Shown here: positions 20,643 to 30,130 of the stretch, in pieces
Layout of the letters: every line of letters starts with the position of its first letter
How positions within the stretch are numbered: the first letter of the stretch is position 1
Assembly (NCBI GenBank): GCA_041571435.1
Contig: JBFFUI010000002.1
Coordinates: forward strand, 32,001-96,000
DNA length: 64,000 nt
Direction of reading: 5' to 3'
Source: Sulfurimonadaceae bacterium
GTDB lineage: Bacteria; Campylobacterota; Campylobacteria; Campylobacterales; Sulfurimonadaceae
Notes under the pieces: generated by a model
Database searches by the model: none
The model's input: only the letters and a program-made list of their open reading frames with translations
Told to the model about the DNA's origin: nothing
Program-made: the position numbers and the translations under genes

Positions 20643-21511
20643 CAGTAGAGTATCCATGCAAAAGCGACACCCCAACCGACAATGGTGAGCTGCATAAAAC
20701 GGTCTTTGAGGACGATCTTGGTTGGTGAACCGCTGTCCTGCTGGACAAAGGCGATCTGCATATAGCGAAGAATACCCAGGATGACAAAGAGCGCCGTAAG
20801 ATAGAGATACTCGCTGTGGACCCGTGCCACAACCTCTGCGGATGTCGTATAGATCGTATAGGCGACAATAACGACAGAGGCCATGATCGCCATCGCCGTA
20901 TCGAGGAACTGAAGGTTATAGCCATCGATAACTTTACGCATCTTTTTACCCGTATTTAGATAGATCAATACATCATCGCGACGTTTTGCAAGAGCCATAA
21001 AAAGTGCCAGAAGGAAGGTCATAATGACGATCCACATCGATAGCGGGATCCCGGTTACGGCCGAGCCGATAAACAGGCGCAGTACAAAACCGACGGCAAT
21101 GATCGTGACATCAACGATGGCGACATGCTTCAGGAAAAAGCTGTACGCGACGTTCATAACGACATAAGCTCCAAGAATAGCGGCAGCATTGAAAGAGAGT
21201 GATGTCATCAGCACAAAACCGGTGACTGAGAGCATCACCATCATGACAACCGCTTCTTTTTTTGTGATGGCACCGGACGCCAGCGGCCGGTTTCGTTTTT
21301 TGGGATGTTCTCTGTCCTCTTCGATATCATGATAATCATTCAGACTGTAGATAGCACTTGCGGTCAATGAAAACGCGATAAAGGCAATAAATGCATTAAA
21401 GAGAAGGGTGGTGTCAGTGATCTTTAGCGCAAAGAAAAGAGGAAGAAAGATAAAGAGGTTTTTAATGTACTGATGCGGCCGCATCAACTGAACAATGGCT
21501 GACAGTTTCAA
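20642..21511 (-). CDS. UbiA-family polyprenyl-phosphate 5-phosphoribosyltransferase (DPPR synthase-like)
   Basis: MRPHQYIKN, NDYHDIEEDREHPKKRNRPLASG, YSFFLKH and AKRR motifs; TTG start after an AAGGAG RBS. Confidence 0.9.
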   Translation of the reverse strand: MKLSAIVQLMRPHQYIKNLFIFLPLFFALKITDTTLLFNAFIAFIAFSLTASAIYSLNDYHDIEEDREHPKKRNRPLASGAITKKEAVVMMVMLSVTGFVLMTSLSFNAAAILGAYVVMNVAYSFFLKHVAIVDVTIIAVGFVLRLFIGSAVTGIPLSMWIVIMTFLLALFMALAKRRDDVLIYLNTGKKMRKVIDGYNLQFLDTAMAIMASVVIVAYTIYTTSAEVVARVHSEYLYLTALFVILGILRYMQIAFVQQDSGSPTKIVLKDRFMQLTIVGWGVAFAWILY

Positions 21512-21573
21512 TGCTTCTCCTTCTCTCAAAACGGGCTGATGACAAGAAACACCCTATTTATACAAGTCCTATG

Positions 21574-21579
21574 ATTATA
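21574..21579 (-). promoter_or_regulatory. Candidate -10 box for the ubiA-gtrA-dprE operon
   Basis: TATAAT on the minus strand about 60 nt upstream of the start. Confidence 0.5.
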
Positions 21580-21708
21580 GTTCTCTTTGACTTATAAATG
21601 CCTTCTCGACAGACGCACAGCCTCTCACTTGAACAGCTTTTGTATTGTTTTTTTTTATATTGTGATCTTTAAAATGATTGTGATTGATGTTTTTTGAATG
21701 TAAGAAAA

Positions 21709-21793
21709 TGGTGCGCACGAGAGGATTTGAACCTCCACACCCGTAAGGCACTACCCCCTCAAGGTAGCGTGTCTACCGTTCCACCACGTGCGC
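21709..21793 (-). tRNA. tRNA-Leu (anticodon GAG)
   Basis: GCGCACG acceptor stem, CTACC-TTGAGGG-GGTAG anticodon arm, long variable arm, GTTCAAATC T-loop, encoded CCA; 85 nt. Confidence 0.97.
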
Positions 21794-21807
21794 AGTTAAA
21801 GAAAGAT

Positions 21808-21826
21808 GTCAGCCAAAAAGGCTGAC
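21808..21826 (-). terminator. Hairpin downstream of atpE
   Basis: gtcagcc-ttttt-ggctgac followed by a T-rich tract on the minus strand. Confidence 0.6.
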
Positions 21827-21845
21827 TGAGGGTTACTTAAGTTGA

Positions 21846-22160
21846 TTAACCTAGGTAAGGGTTCGCGTATAGTGCGATAAGCGCGATTACTAGAGTATAG
21901 ATAACCTGTGCTTCGATCATTGCAAGAGCGATGAACATAGTTGTCATAAGCTTTCCGCCTAGACCTGGGTTACGTGCAGTACCAGCGATAGTTGCAGCAG
22001 CAGTGTGACCCATACCGATAGCACCACCAAGTGCAGCAAGACCAAGACCAACACCAGCAGCGATCATAGAATAGGCTTTAAGCGTTTCGTTCACTACTGC
22101 TTCTTCTGCACCAAATGCAGCCGCTGCAAGAGCGATCATCAGGAATACGATTTTTTTCAT
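21846..22160 (-). CDS. atpE: F0F1 ATP synthase subunit c
   Basis: GxGxGxG helix, ARNP loop, carboxylate in MIEAQVIY; N-terminal extension typical of Campylobacterota. Confidence 0.97.
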   Translation of the reverse strand: MKKIVFLMIALAAAAFGAEEAVVNETLKAYSMIAAGVGLGLAALGGAIGMGHTAAATIAGTARNPGLGGKLMTTMFIALAMIEAQVIYTLVIALIALYANPYLG

Positions 22161-22320
22161 TATATTTCTCCGTTTTAAAATCAAAGTCCGTTCGGCTAGC
22201 GTAACCTATCTGAATCGATAAGCCAGAGCCACATAAATGCGAGCCCTGTCCCTACTTAACACTTTGTATGCGGAATTATAGTGCGTGGGTTATAAATGTT
22301 TGTTTAAAAGCGGAAATTTT

Positions 22321-24492
22321 TTATTTCGCGCGTCCCAAACTTATCTTGTTGCCCTTGAATTCTAGGATCTCAACCTTGATGTCATCGCCTATGCTGATGA
22401 CATCAGCAACATTCTTAATGTGTTCATCAGAGATCTTTGATATATGCAGCAGACCGTCCACACCGCCTGGCAGTTCGACAAAGGCGCCGAAATCAACGAT
22501 GCGTTTGACCTTACCCTCGATCACATCCCCCACTTGATACTCGGGAACAGCTTCACGCTCTTTCGTCGCGATCTCTTCAATATGTTTACGAGCGGCTTTG
22601 ACCCCCTCACGGCTAGTACCGGAGACTTTGACTTTACCGCCTTTACGGTCGATGTCGACCGCGACTTCGAAACGCTCGATGATCTCGCGGATCGTCTTGC
22701 CCGCCTGACCGATGATCTCACCGACACGAGAGGGGTCAATATGAAAGATAGCGTTGCTTGGCAGATCCTCACTGATCTTGATCTCTTTTTCGGCGTCCAG
22801 CATGATGTCAATGATATGGGCACGGCCTTCTCTGGCCTGATAGAGCGCTTTTTGCAGAACATCGAGAGAGATACCACCCAGCTTGATATCCATCTGCAGT
22901 GCTGAGATCCCCTCTTTTGAACCTGTTACTTTGAAATCCAGATCACCGTCATGATCCTCCAATCCCGTGATATCGGAAAGTATCGCGTAGTCATCCCCTT
23001 CGGAGACCATCCCCATCGCAATACCGGCAACAGTATCGGTCAGTTCAAGATCGCCCGCACGCATTGCCATGTAGCCGCCGCAGACCGTTGCCATGGATGA
23101 AGAACCGTTTGACTCCAGGATCTCGGAGACAAGACGGATCGTATTCGACGGCGACTCCAACGTGCACTCCAAAGCGCGTTTAGCCAGGTTACCGTGACCC
23201 AGTTCTCTTCGTTTAGGTGCCCCCATCGGTGATGCTTCACCGACAGAGAAGCCCGGGAAATTATAGTGCACCATAAAACGTTCACTTTGCTGAGCAGTAT
23301 CGCCCAAGGTCTCATACATCTGTGCATCTTTGTCGCCGCCGAGTGTCAAAACGACCAGAGCCTGTGTCTGACCGCGTGTAAACAGGCACGAGGCATGTGC
23401 CGACGGTAGAACATTGGTCTTGATATCGATAGGACGGATCTCGGTAAGTGTCCGTCCATCTGCACGAATGCCATCTTCTAAAATCGCCTGACGGACCATC
23501 GCTGTTTTCACATTGACAAGTGCCATCTTTACATGTTCTTTGTCCCATTCGCTATGCGTTTCCAGAATAGTGTTACGTATCTCACGCAGTGCATTTGAGC
23601 GTTCACTTTTGGCCATCTGACTGATCGCATCTTTTATCGTATGACTGTATTTCTCACGAATAACCGCTTCGATCTCGTCGGTACCCTCGACTTTATGCAG
23701 CTGCAGTGGCTTAGGTGTTTTGACATACGGTGTAAATGCACTCTCATAGGCTTCATTGGCATTTTTTAACGAGCTTTGCACCTGCGAAAGGATCTCTATA
23801 AAGGCCTCTTCATCCAACAGGTTCGACGTATAGCTCTCAATCGTGTCGACACCCATCGCAGGGTCGATCATCGGATCGACCATTGCCGTGGACAGCAGTT
23901 CAACTTCAACCGAACCCTGTGCTTTCATCTCGATCATCAAAAGATCGTTCTTGCTTCCAGCGACGTAGAGGTCCAGTGTACTTTCGGCAAGTTGCGACAT
24001 GGTAGGATTGATGATCAGCTCCCCTTCGACCTTTGCGACGCGGCACGCCGTCACCGAGTTTTTGATATCGATGTCAGAGATGTAAAGTGCTGCTGAAGCT
24101 GCATTCAGTGCAAGGGTCTGCAGATCAGACTCTTCATCTGCACTAAGGACCATCACCGTGATCTGGATGGGGTTCGTGAACCCTTTAGGAAAGAGAGGAC
24201 GGAGAGAACGGTCGATGATCCGCGATGTCAAGGCCTCGAAATCACTCGGCTTGGTCTCTCGCTTGATATAGCCCCCCGGGAACTTGCCTGCGGCGTATGC
24301 TTTTTCGATATACTGGACGGTCAATGGAAGGAACTCGCCGCCGGCAAACTCGTTTTCATCGATCACGACTGTTGCAAGCAGTACACTTTTGCCGCTTTTC
24401 ATCCAGACAGAGCCATTGGCCTGTCTTGCGACATCGCCCAGGGCATACTCTTCGTTTTTATTATCCAGGTCAATTAACACATTGTAGTCCAT
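22321..24492 (-). CDS. pnp: Polyribonucleotide nucleotidyltransferase
   Basis: RSLRPLFP, FTRGQTQ, SNGSSSMA, GDLDFKVTG; KH and S1 domains. Confidence 0.97.
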   Translation of the reverse strand: MDYNVLIDLDNKNEEYALGDVARQANGSVWMKSGKSVLLATVVIDENEFAGGEFLPLTVQYIEKAYAAGKFPGGYIKRETKPSDFEALTSRIIDRSLRPLFPKGFTNPIQITVMVLSADEESDLQTLALNAASAALYISDIDIKNSVTACRVAKVEGELIINPTMSQLAESTLDLYVAGSKNDLLMIEMKAQGSVEVELLSTAMVDPMIDPAMGVDTIESYTSNLLDEEAFIEILSQVQSSLKNANEAYESAFTPYVKTPKPLQLHKVEGTDEIEAVIREKYSHTIKDAISQMAKSERSNALREIRNTILETHSEWDKEHVKMALVNVKTAMVRQAILEDGIRADGRTLTEIRPIDIKTNVLPSAHASCLFTRGQTQALVVLTLGGDKDAQMYETLGDTAQQSERFMVHYNFPGFSVGEASPMGAPKRRELGHGNLAKRALECTLESPSNTIRLVSEILESNGSSSMATVCGGYMAMRAGDLELTDTVAGIAMGMVSEGDDYAILSDITGLEDHDGDLDFKVTGSKEGISALQMDIKLGGISLDVLQKALYQAREGRAHIIDIMLDAEKEIKISEDLPSNAIFHIDPSRVGEIIGQAGKTIREIIERFEVAVDIDRKGGKVKVSGTSREGVKAARKHIEEIATKEREAVPEYQVGDVIEGKVKRIVDFGAFVELPGGVDGLLHISKISDEHIKNVADVISIGDDIKVEILEFKGNKISLGRAK

Positions 24493-24493
24493 C

Positions 24494-25150
24494 TTATTCT
24501 CCTAAGTACTGTGCTATCTGCATATCTGTGATGTCATCAAACAACTCATAATAGCTTCTTGTCTCACCATAATCATTTAAGGATGATACCATGAAAATAT
24601 TGTCGGCCAACGGTTCCAGTGTGTCAAGGAGGTCACTCGGGAGTACAGGCACAGCAAGATAAACCGCTTTTGGGTTCATCGCCAAAACTGTCTTGATCGC
24701 GGCCATCAGCTTCAGGCCGCTCTCTGCACCTTCGTCGACCAGCATAACGGTCTCATCCCGCATATCTTTAAAATGCTTCCCTTTTCGGTATTTGTAGATA
24801 TAACTGAGTATTTTCTCTTCATATTTGCGCGAAGCTTCGCCATAGATGTAGTCATAGGTTATCTCAAAGGCATCTATAAGCCTGTCATTGATAACGATCT
24901 CCTCATGTTCACTGACACGTGCCAGCTCACAATCACTATTTTTTGGTGCATAGATACCGGCTGAGAAGAGAAAGTCCTTCTCCAACTGCATACGGCTGTT
25001 GAAGTGGTGGATGAGTTCAAGCCCGCCGGATGAAACAGCAACCAGATGCCACTTTTCCTGTTTCATCTGCTCAAGAGGCAGCTGTTCTTTCAGTTTTTCG
25101 GCTGCATCGCTGCGATCTTTAAACATATATTTTCTGTTACTCACCTTCAC
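24494..25150 (-). CDS. Phosphoribosyltransferase-fold protein (degenerate PRPP loop)
   Basis: FKDRSDAA N-terminus and LVDEGAESG/AVPV motifs. Confidence 0.75.
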   Translation of the reverse strand: MKVSNRKYMFKDRSDAAEKLKEQLPLEQMKQEKWHLVAVSSGGLELIHHFNSRMQLEKDFLFSAGIYAPKNSDCELARVSEHEEIVINDRLIDAFEITYDYIYGEASRKYEEKILSYIYKYRKGKHFKDMRDETVMLVDEGAESGLKLMAAIKTVLAMNPKAVYLAVPVLPSDLLDTLEPLADNIFMVSSLNDYGETRSYYELFDDITDMQIAQYLGE

Positions 25151-25153
25151 CCC

Positions 25154-27331
25154 TTATCGGCTTTTCAATGTATCTGTTGTTCTGTAGTTGATCGCACTGT
25201 TGACCAACGGTTTCAATGCAATTGTAAAATAGACATACTTATCAAATACATTACTGGTCACTCCCCCACTCAAAAGGACCGGTCGATTATTTTCTACATA
25301 CCGCAAGCCGAAATCCCAACAGCGCTTCGAGTATAAAAAACCGACTTCCGCATACTTTTTAATGCTCTTTTCAACATCAAATGCATACTTTGTAAAGTAC
25401 TGATAATGTTTATTATAGCGATAAGCAAGATCAGCATTCAAGTATTTGGTATAAGGATCAAGCTCGTCCCGGTATGCCTTGTTCTCATAGAGGTACGATA
25501 CCCCCACATTGAAGGCACTGTCCTGGTAACGCAGAGTATTCAGTGTTTTAACCAGCTCATTGCGGTCAAAACTGTAAAAAGTGTTGTCGTAAAATAAGAT
25601 GCGGTCGGTGATGTTCCATCGCAACTCATTTTCAAAGTCACCCGGTCCTACCTCTTTATCCGTTACCGTACTCAAGTTTATAGGCTGGGAAAGTCGATGG
25701 TATATCTTCTCTTTACCGCTGTCATCAATGATATACTGCGAAAACTGCAGATCCACGTTATCTTTTACATTCGAGAGCGTGTAAAACTCACAATCCAGCG
25801 GGTTGCTCGGATTGGCACCGGAACATTCGTCCCCTACGTTTGCATAGTACCCTGTCTCCTTATCCGCACCGAACTTTGTATAGGCAACTGAAAGACCCAT
25901 AGTATGGGAGTTTTCCTCATATCCTTTAGTAACATAGGTACCGGCCTCAACAAGATGAGAAAGACTGCCGTAGTACCCTTTTTCATAAATGCCAGGTGTG
26001 CTGACATTGGCATCTGCCTCGCTTCTAAAATCGATCATACGACCATGAAGCTCAACTTTGTAAGCGACATTCAGATATTCATCAAGAAGAGAAGCCTGTA
26101 ATGTTACAGGCAGCTGAAGTTCCACTTCGCTACCTGTTTTACCCTCCAGGCGAAAGTAGTTGTTGGCGTTCATGTTGAGTGTATAGTATAGATGTTGCTT
26201 TAAAAATGCATCCAAATAGTGATGGTACTGGAGTATAGGTAGTTTCTGGATCGTCACATCGCGTTTTTCTATGTTTTGCGGATCAAGGTCAAGATAGTAT
26301 TTTAGATAACTCCCATAATAGTTGTCTTCTTCGTTGTAAAAAAGATTGACACGGGAGTAGACCTGATTTGATGTGACATTGCTGATCGTATCATTACTGG
26401 AGAGGTTGATATAGTCAACATCGTTCATCCACTGAAGATCGGCAAAAAGACCAGACTGTCCAGTAAGATCCAGTCCCAGCCAATTTTCCAGAACGCGGCT
26501 GTTCTCATAGTTGAAACCCAAACCGTAATGCTTCTCATTTTGAAGACTGTTCTCTAAAAAATAGCTCTGTTTCTCACTAAAATAGCCTACTGTCAGACTT
26601 CCTTTTGAGTCCAGTGAATCTACGAAACGCAAGGTGCCGTACAGTCCCTCTCCACGTGATGACCTGACCTGTGGCTTGAGTTCAATGTCAGCTCTCTCAC
26701 CGACAACAAGATAGACAGGCTGTTCATAAAAGACCCCTTCGGAACTGGAGACACCGAAAGAGGGCATCAACAACCCGCTTTTTCGTGTCCTATCCAGCGA
26801 GTAACCGAAATACGGGATATAAAGGATGGGAACACCGCCTATATGAAAGCGGGCGTTGTAGAGGTTGACCCATTGCGTCTCAGCATTGTAATCCGAGCTG
26901 CTGAAATATATCTCCCACATGGGATTATCGGGATCACATCCCGAGACGATCCCACCGTCAATCTCATACACATTGTCACAGGCTTCCGTCTTTTCAGAAC
27001 TGAGCCATATCTTCTCATTTTTCTCCAACATGAAAAACGGGGTAATCGTCCGCTCATCTTTTTTCAGGTTCATCGTCACATATTCACCCATTAACTGGTG
27101 TTTAGAACCTCTTAGAATAACGACATTTCCATAGAGATCAAGTTGGGAGCTGTTTTTGTCATAAACAGCTTCATCTGCACTGATATAGGCCTCTTTATAC
27201 ATGACCAAGACATCCGTTTTGGCGATGATTTTATCACCTTCACTCACCAGACTTTTTGCATAAAACTCAATATTGTCGCCAGCGAACAGTAACGACGTGA
27301 GAAGAGAGAGTAATATGAGGATTCTAAACAT
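25154..27331 (-). CDS. lptD: LPS assembly protein LptD
   Basis: Signal peptide from ATG 27331, SGC...W, PYFGYSLDRTRKSGLLMP, C-terminal CW barrel motif. Confidence 0.9.
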   Translation of the reverse strand: MFRILILLSLLTSLLFAGDNIEFYAKSLVSEGDKIIAKTDVLVMYKEAYISADEAVYDKNSSQLDLYGNVVILRGSKHQLMGEYVTMNLKKDERTITPFFMLEKNEKIWLSSEKTEACDNVYEIDGGIVSGCDPDNPMWEIYFSSSDYNAETQWVNLYNARFHIGGVPILYIPYFGYSLDRTRKSGLLMPSFGVSSSEGVFYEQPVYLVVGERADIELKPQVRSSRGEGLYGTLRFVDSLDSKGSLTVGYFSEKQSYFLENSLQNEKHYGLGFNYENSRVLENWLGLDLTGQSGLFADLQWMNDVDYINLSSNDTISNVTSNQVYSRVNLFYNEEDNYYGSYLKYYLDLDPQNIEKRDVTIQKLPILQYHHYLDAFLKQHLYYTLNMNANNYFRLEGKTGSEVELQLPVTLQASLLDEYLNVAYKVELHGRMIDFRSEADANVSTPGIYEKGYYGSLSHLVEAGTYVTKGYEENSHTMGLSVAYTKFGADKETGYYANVGDECSGANPSNPLDCEFYTLSNVKDNVDLQFSQYIIDDSGKEKIYHRLSQPINLSTVTDKEVGPGDFENELRWNITDRILFYDNTFYSFDRNELVKTLNTLRYQDSAFNVGVSYLYENKAYRDELDPYTKYLNADLAYRYNKHYQYFTKYAFDVEKSIKKYAEVGFLYSKRCWDFGLRYVENNRPVLLSGGVTSNVFDKYVYFTIALKPLVNSAINYRTTDTLKSR

Positions 27332-27773
27332 TGACAACCAAAGTCCGAGCAGTTTTATCGTGCCAGCCCTGTCTATTTTTAGTATAAAATGCCCAGACAA
27401 AGCCCAGATAGAAGATCATCTCACTGATAATACGGAAAACAGCACGGTTGAGCGCACTACCGAAGATAGGTTTTTGCATCGTTACCGCATCAACAATCTG
27501 AATTTTCATAAAGATCTTGCCAAGTGTCGCGCTGTATTGATAGACAAAAAAAGTCTGATAGAGTATTTTGAGCAAGAGATATTCAAAGGTATAGCTGTTG
27601 ATCAAAGCAACCATCGCCTCGGAGTCACTGGTTGCAGTGACCTGGTCGTAGATAATGATCAAAAAGAGAAAAGCAAGAATAAACTCGTCAATTAAAAAGG
27701 CAAGAGCCCGCTTTTGCATATTGGCCAACTCTAAGCCAGCACCTAAAAGACGTTCTTCTACCTCATCGTTCAC
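27324..27773 (-). CDS. RDD-family membrane protein
   Basis: KRALAFLID, ATLGK and QGWHDKTART motifs. Confidence 0.9.
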   Translation of the reverse strand: MNDEVEERLLGAGLELANMQKRALAFLIDEFILAFLFLIIIYDQVTATSDSEAMVALINSYTFEYLLLKILYQTFFVYQYSATLGKIFMKIQIVDAVTMQKPIFGSALNRAVFRIISEMIFYLGFVWAFYTKNRQGWHDKTARTLVVNV

Positions 27774-27781
27774 TTCATCTC

Positions 27782-29047
27782 CTAAAGCGCTTGGTACGCG
27801 ATATCGGTACGGAGTTTCTTGCCGGCATAATGCACCTGGCCGCAGAGCGAATATGCACGGTCACGTGCCTCTCGGATCGTATCACCCAGACCGACACAGA
27901 CCAGGACCCGTCCGCCGTCAGCATAAAGTTTACCGTCCTCTTCGCTGACACCGGCATAGGAGATATGGGTATTCGCTTTGATATCATCATGAACGATCTC
28001 ATCGACAATGATCTCGGCAGGCGGTGTTGAGCTGTACGGGTAATCCTTGCTTGCCATCACGACACCGACAGCGTACTTATCTGAAAATTCAACATTCAGA
28101 GTGTCAAGCTGTTTCGTCGCTGCTTTATAGAAGAGTTCTGATGCCGGTGTCTTAAGCAGTGGCATCAAGATCTCACACTCCGGATCGCCGAAGCGGACAT
28201 TGAACTCCAGTGTGATCGGTTCGCCGTTGACCACCATAATACCGATAAACAGCACACCTTCAAACGGTGCGCCCTCAGCCTTCATACCCTTGAGCGTCGG
28301 ACGAATGATCCGATCTTTGACCTTTTCATACAAGGTATCATCTACGAGTGGTGTCGGTGCATAGGCACCCATCCCGCCTGTATTTGGTCCCTGGTCGCCA
28401 TCTAGAAGGCGTTTATGGTCTTGTGCCGCCTGAAGCAGGATAAAGTCGTCGCCGTCACAGATGGCGAACATGGAGAGTTCATATCCGTCCAGGAACTCTT
28501 CGACAATGACTTTTTTACCTGCATCACCAAATGACTTGCCGCTGAGCATCTCAGAGACCGCTTTTTTAGCCTCATCATGGCTCATCGCAATAATGACCCC
28601 CTTACCGCCGCATAGTCCATCTGCTTTGACAACGATCGGGGCTTCGAGTGTCATAATGAACTTGAACGCCTCTTCAATAAGCCCCGTCTCGATATAGCGC
28701 GCCGTCGGGATCTCGTACTTGGCCAGGAAATTTTTCATGTAGACTTTTGAGCCTTCAAGCTGCGCCGCCTCTTTGCTCGGACCGAAGATGGTCAGCCCTT
28801 TTGCCTTGAAGATATCGACAACACCGTCAACTAGCGGAGCCTCGGGACCGACTATTGTCAAGTCGATGTTGTTCGCGATTGCAAACTCTGCAAGTTCGTT
28901 GTAGTCTTTGATACTGAGATTCTCACCCAGCTGGTTTGTAGCACCGTTGCCCGGTGCAAAAAAGAGCTTTTCTACCGCTTCGTCTTGTTTCAGGGCACGC
29001 CCAATAGAGTATTCACGTCCACCACTACCTATTACCAATATATTCAT
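27782..29047 (-). CDS. purD: Phosphoribosylamine-glycine ligase
   Basis: [26 protein letters not shown] and [10 protein letters not shown] motifs. Confidence 0.98.
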   Translation of the reverse strand: MNILVIGSGGREYSIGRALKQDEAVEKLFFAPGNGATNQLGENLSIKDYNELAEFAIANNIDLTIVGPEAPLVDGVVDIFKAKGLTIFGPSKEAAQLEGSKVYMKNFLAKYEIPTARYIETGLIEEAFKFIMTLEAPIVVKADGLCGGKGVIIAMSHDEAKKAVSEMLSGKSFGDAGKKVIVEEFLDGYELSMFAICDGDDFILLQAAQDHKRLLDGDQGPNTGGMGAYAPTPLVDDTLYEKVKDRIIRPTLKGMKAEGAPFEGVLFIGIMVVNGEPITLEFNVRFGDPECEILMPLLKTPASELFYKAATKQLDTLNVEFSDKYAVGVVMASKDYPYSSTPPAEIIVDEIVHDDIKANTHISYAGVSEEDGKLYADGGRVLVCVGLGDTIREARDRAYSLCGQVHYAGKKLRTDIAYQAL

Positions 29048-29124
29048 CTGTATACTCCAAAATCTTTCTATTACTGAATCTAATTTTTAGAAAACTGAGA
29101 TCATTCAATTTTATAAAAACTAGA

Positions 29125-29321
29125 TAATGCCCAAGTGGCCGGTCCGCAGTAAGCTTTGGTTCTCAAAGCCGAAAAAACAGCAAATCGAGTGTCCCATCAG
29201 GCCGCAATCTCTCTGGTTTGATCCATCGAACAAGACCACCGCACACAAGGACATCTACACAAATTCACTAAAAGAAAATGTAGAACCCTCATAATTGCGA
29301 GAAATCGCACCACCCAGGCTA
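29125..29321 (-). ncRNA. ssrS: 6S RNA (the epsilonproteobacterial 'purD RNA motif')
   Basis: About 195 nt. 5' GCCUGGGUGG pairs with 3' CCACUUGGGC; TATAAT -10 box at 29328-29333; location upstream of purD matches the known Helicobacter/Campylobacter 6S locus. Confidence 0.85.
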
Positions 29322-29450
29322 GTTCTTATTATACAAAATGAGAGCTTTTTTAGGCATAAAACAGGGCACTGCTTTTTCCTGAAAAAGCATAAATTGTCGC
29401 TTTCCTCATCTACCTGATGTATAGATGTTAAATACGATCATTTTTTGTAA

Positions 29451-30086
29451 TTACAGCTGCTTCGCCAATGTGACACAGGCCTCTATATCGGGTCTGTCCG
29501 GCATCACATAATCGATCTCTTTGGGAAGTGCTTTGGCCGTTGTTTTACCGATGACTACGATCTTATACGTCGTTTTAAATGTAAAGAGTTCCAAAAAGCA
29601 CTCGACCGTAAACGGCGAAGTAAAAATAAGGACCGCCTCTTCCGGCAGTGAAATGTTTTTACACGCTTTATTGCATGCAGTCTCGTAGACGACCACATCG
29701 TCCAAAAAAACCCTCTGCTCTTTAACACGCTCTTTAAAATTTGAAGCCACCACTTTCGGTCGCGGGTAGAGCCAGCGTAAAGCCGCATACTTTTTAACTA
29801 TTATATCATCCAGTGAGTCCCCGTACCCGTCCCCTCTTTCCAGCAGTATGCCGCCTGCCTCTCTGACCATCGCTTCCGTTTTTGATGCAACGCTCAAAAC
29901 GGGAAGAGATCGCCAATGAGGTGAGATCTTTTCAAGTGCGGTCACTGCCTGTTTTGAGGTCAGGACAATGGCATCATAGTCGTCAAGATTAATAGCGGGT
30001 TGGAAAAAAGTTGTGGTCAGAATAGGAACATGCACAACATCGGGATGTGCTGTTTTGGAAAAGAGGAAGATGGTGTCTTTATGCAT
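29451..30086 (-). CDS. hemD: Uroporphyrinogen-III synthase
   Basis: LTSKQAV, VYET, FTSP and IGKTTA motifs. Confidence 0.85.
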   Translation of the reverse strand: MHKDTIFLFSKTAHPDVVHVPILTTTFFQPAINLDDYDAIVLTSKQAVTALEKISPHWRSLPVLSVASKTEAMVREAGGILLERGDGYGDSLDDIIVKKYAALRWLYPRPKVVASNFKERVKEQRVFLDDVVVYETACNKACKNISLPEEAVLIFTSPFTVECFLELFTFKTTYKIVVIGKTTAKALPKEIDYVMPDRPDIEACVTLAKQL

Positions 30087-30130
30087 TACATATCTCCCTA
30101 ATAATCGGTTGCAGTTACGCTATCGCGCGA

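Noticed and set aside
21648-21656. T9 tract as a phase-variation switch
   Set aside because: Intergenic AT-rich context, about 70 bp from the putative -10 box; no long G/C tracts were seen within the genes.
21709-21730. tRNA 3'-end duplication (attL/attR) bounding the arabinose operon
   Set aside because: No second copy found by eye near 15.9-16.2 kb.
21846-22160. Na+-coupled ATP synthase, suggested by nearby nhaD
   Set aside because: The c subunit has E-A-Q rather than the Q...E-S/T Na+-binding signature.
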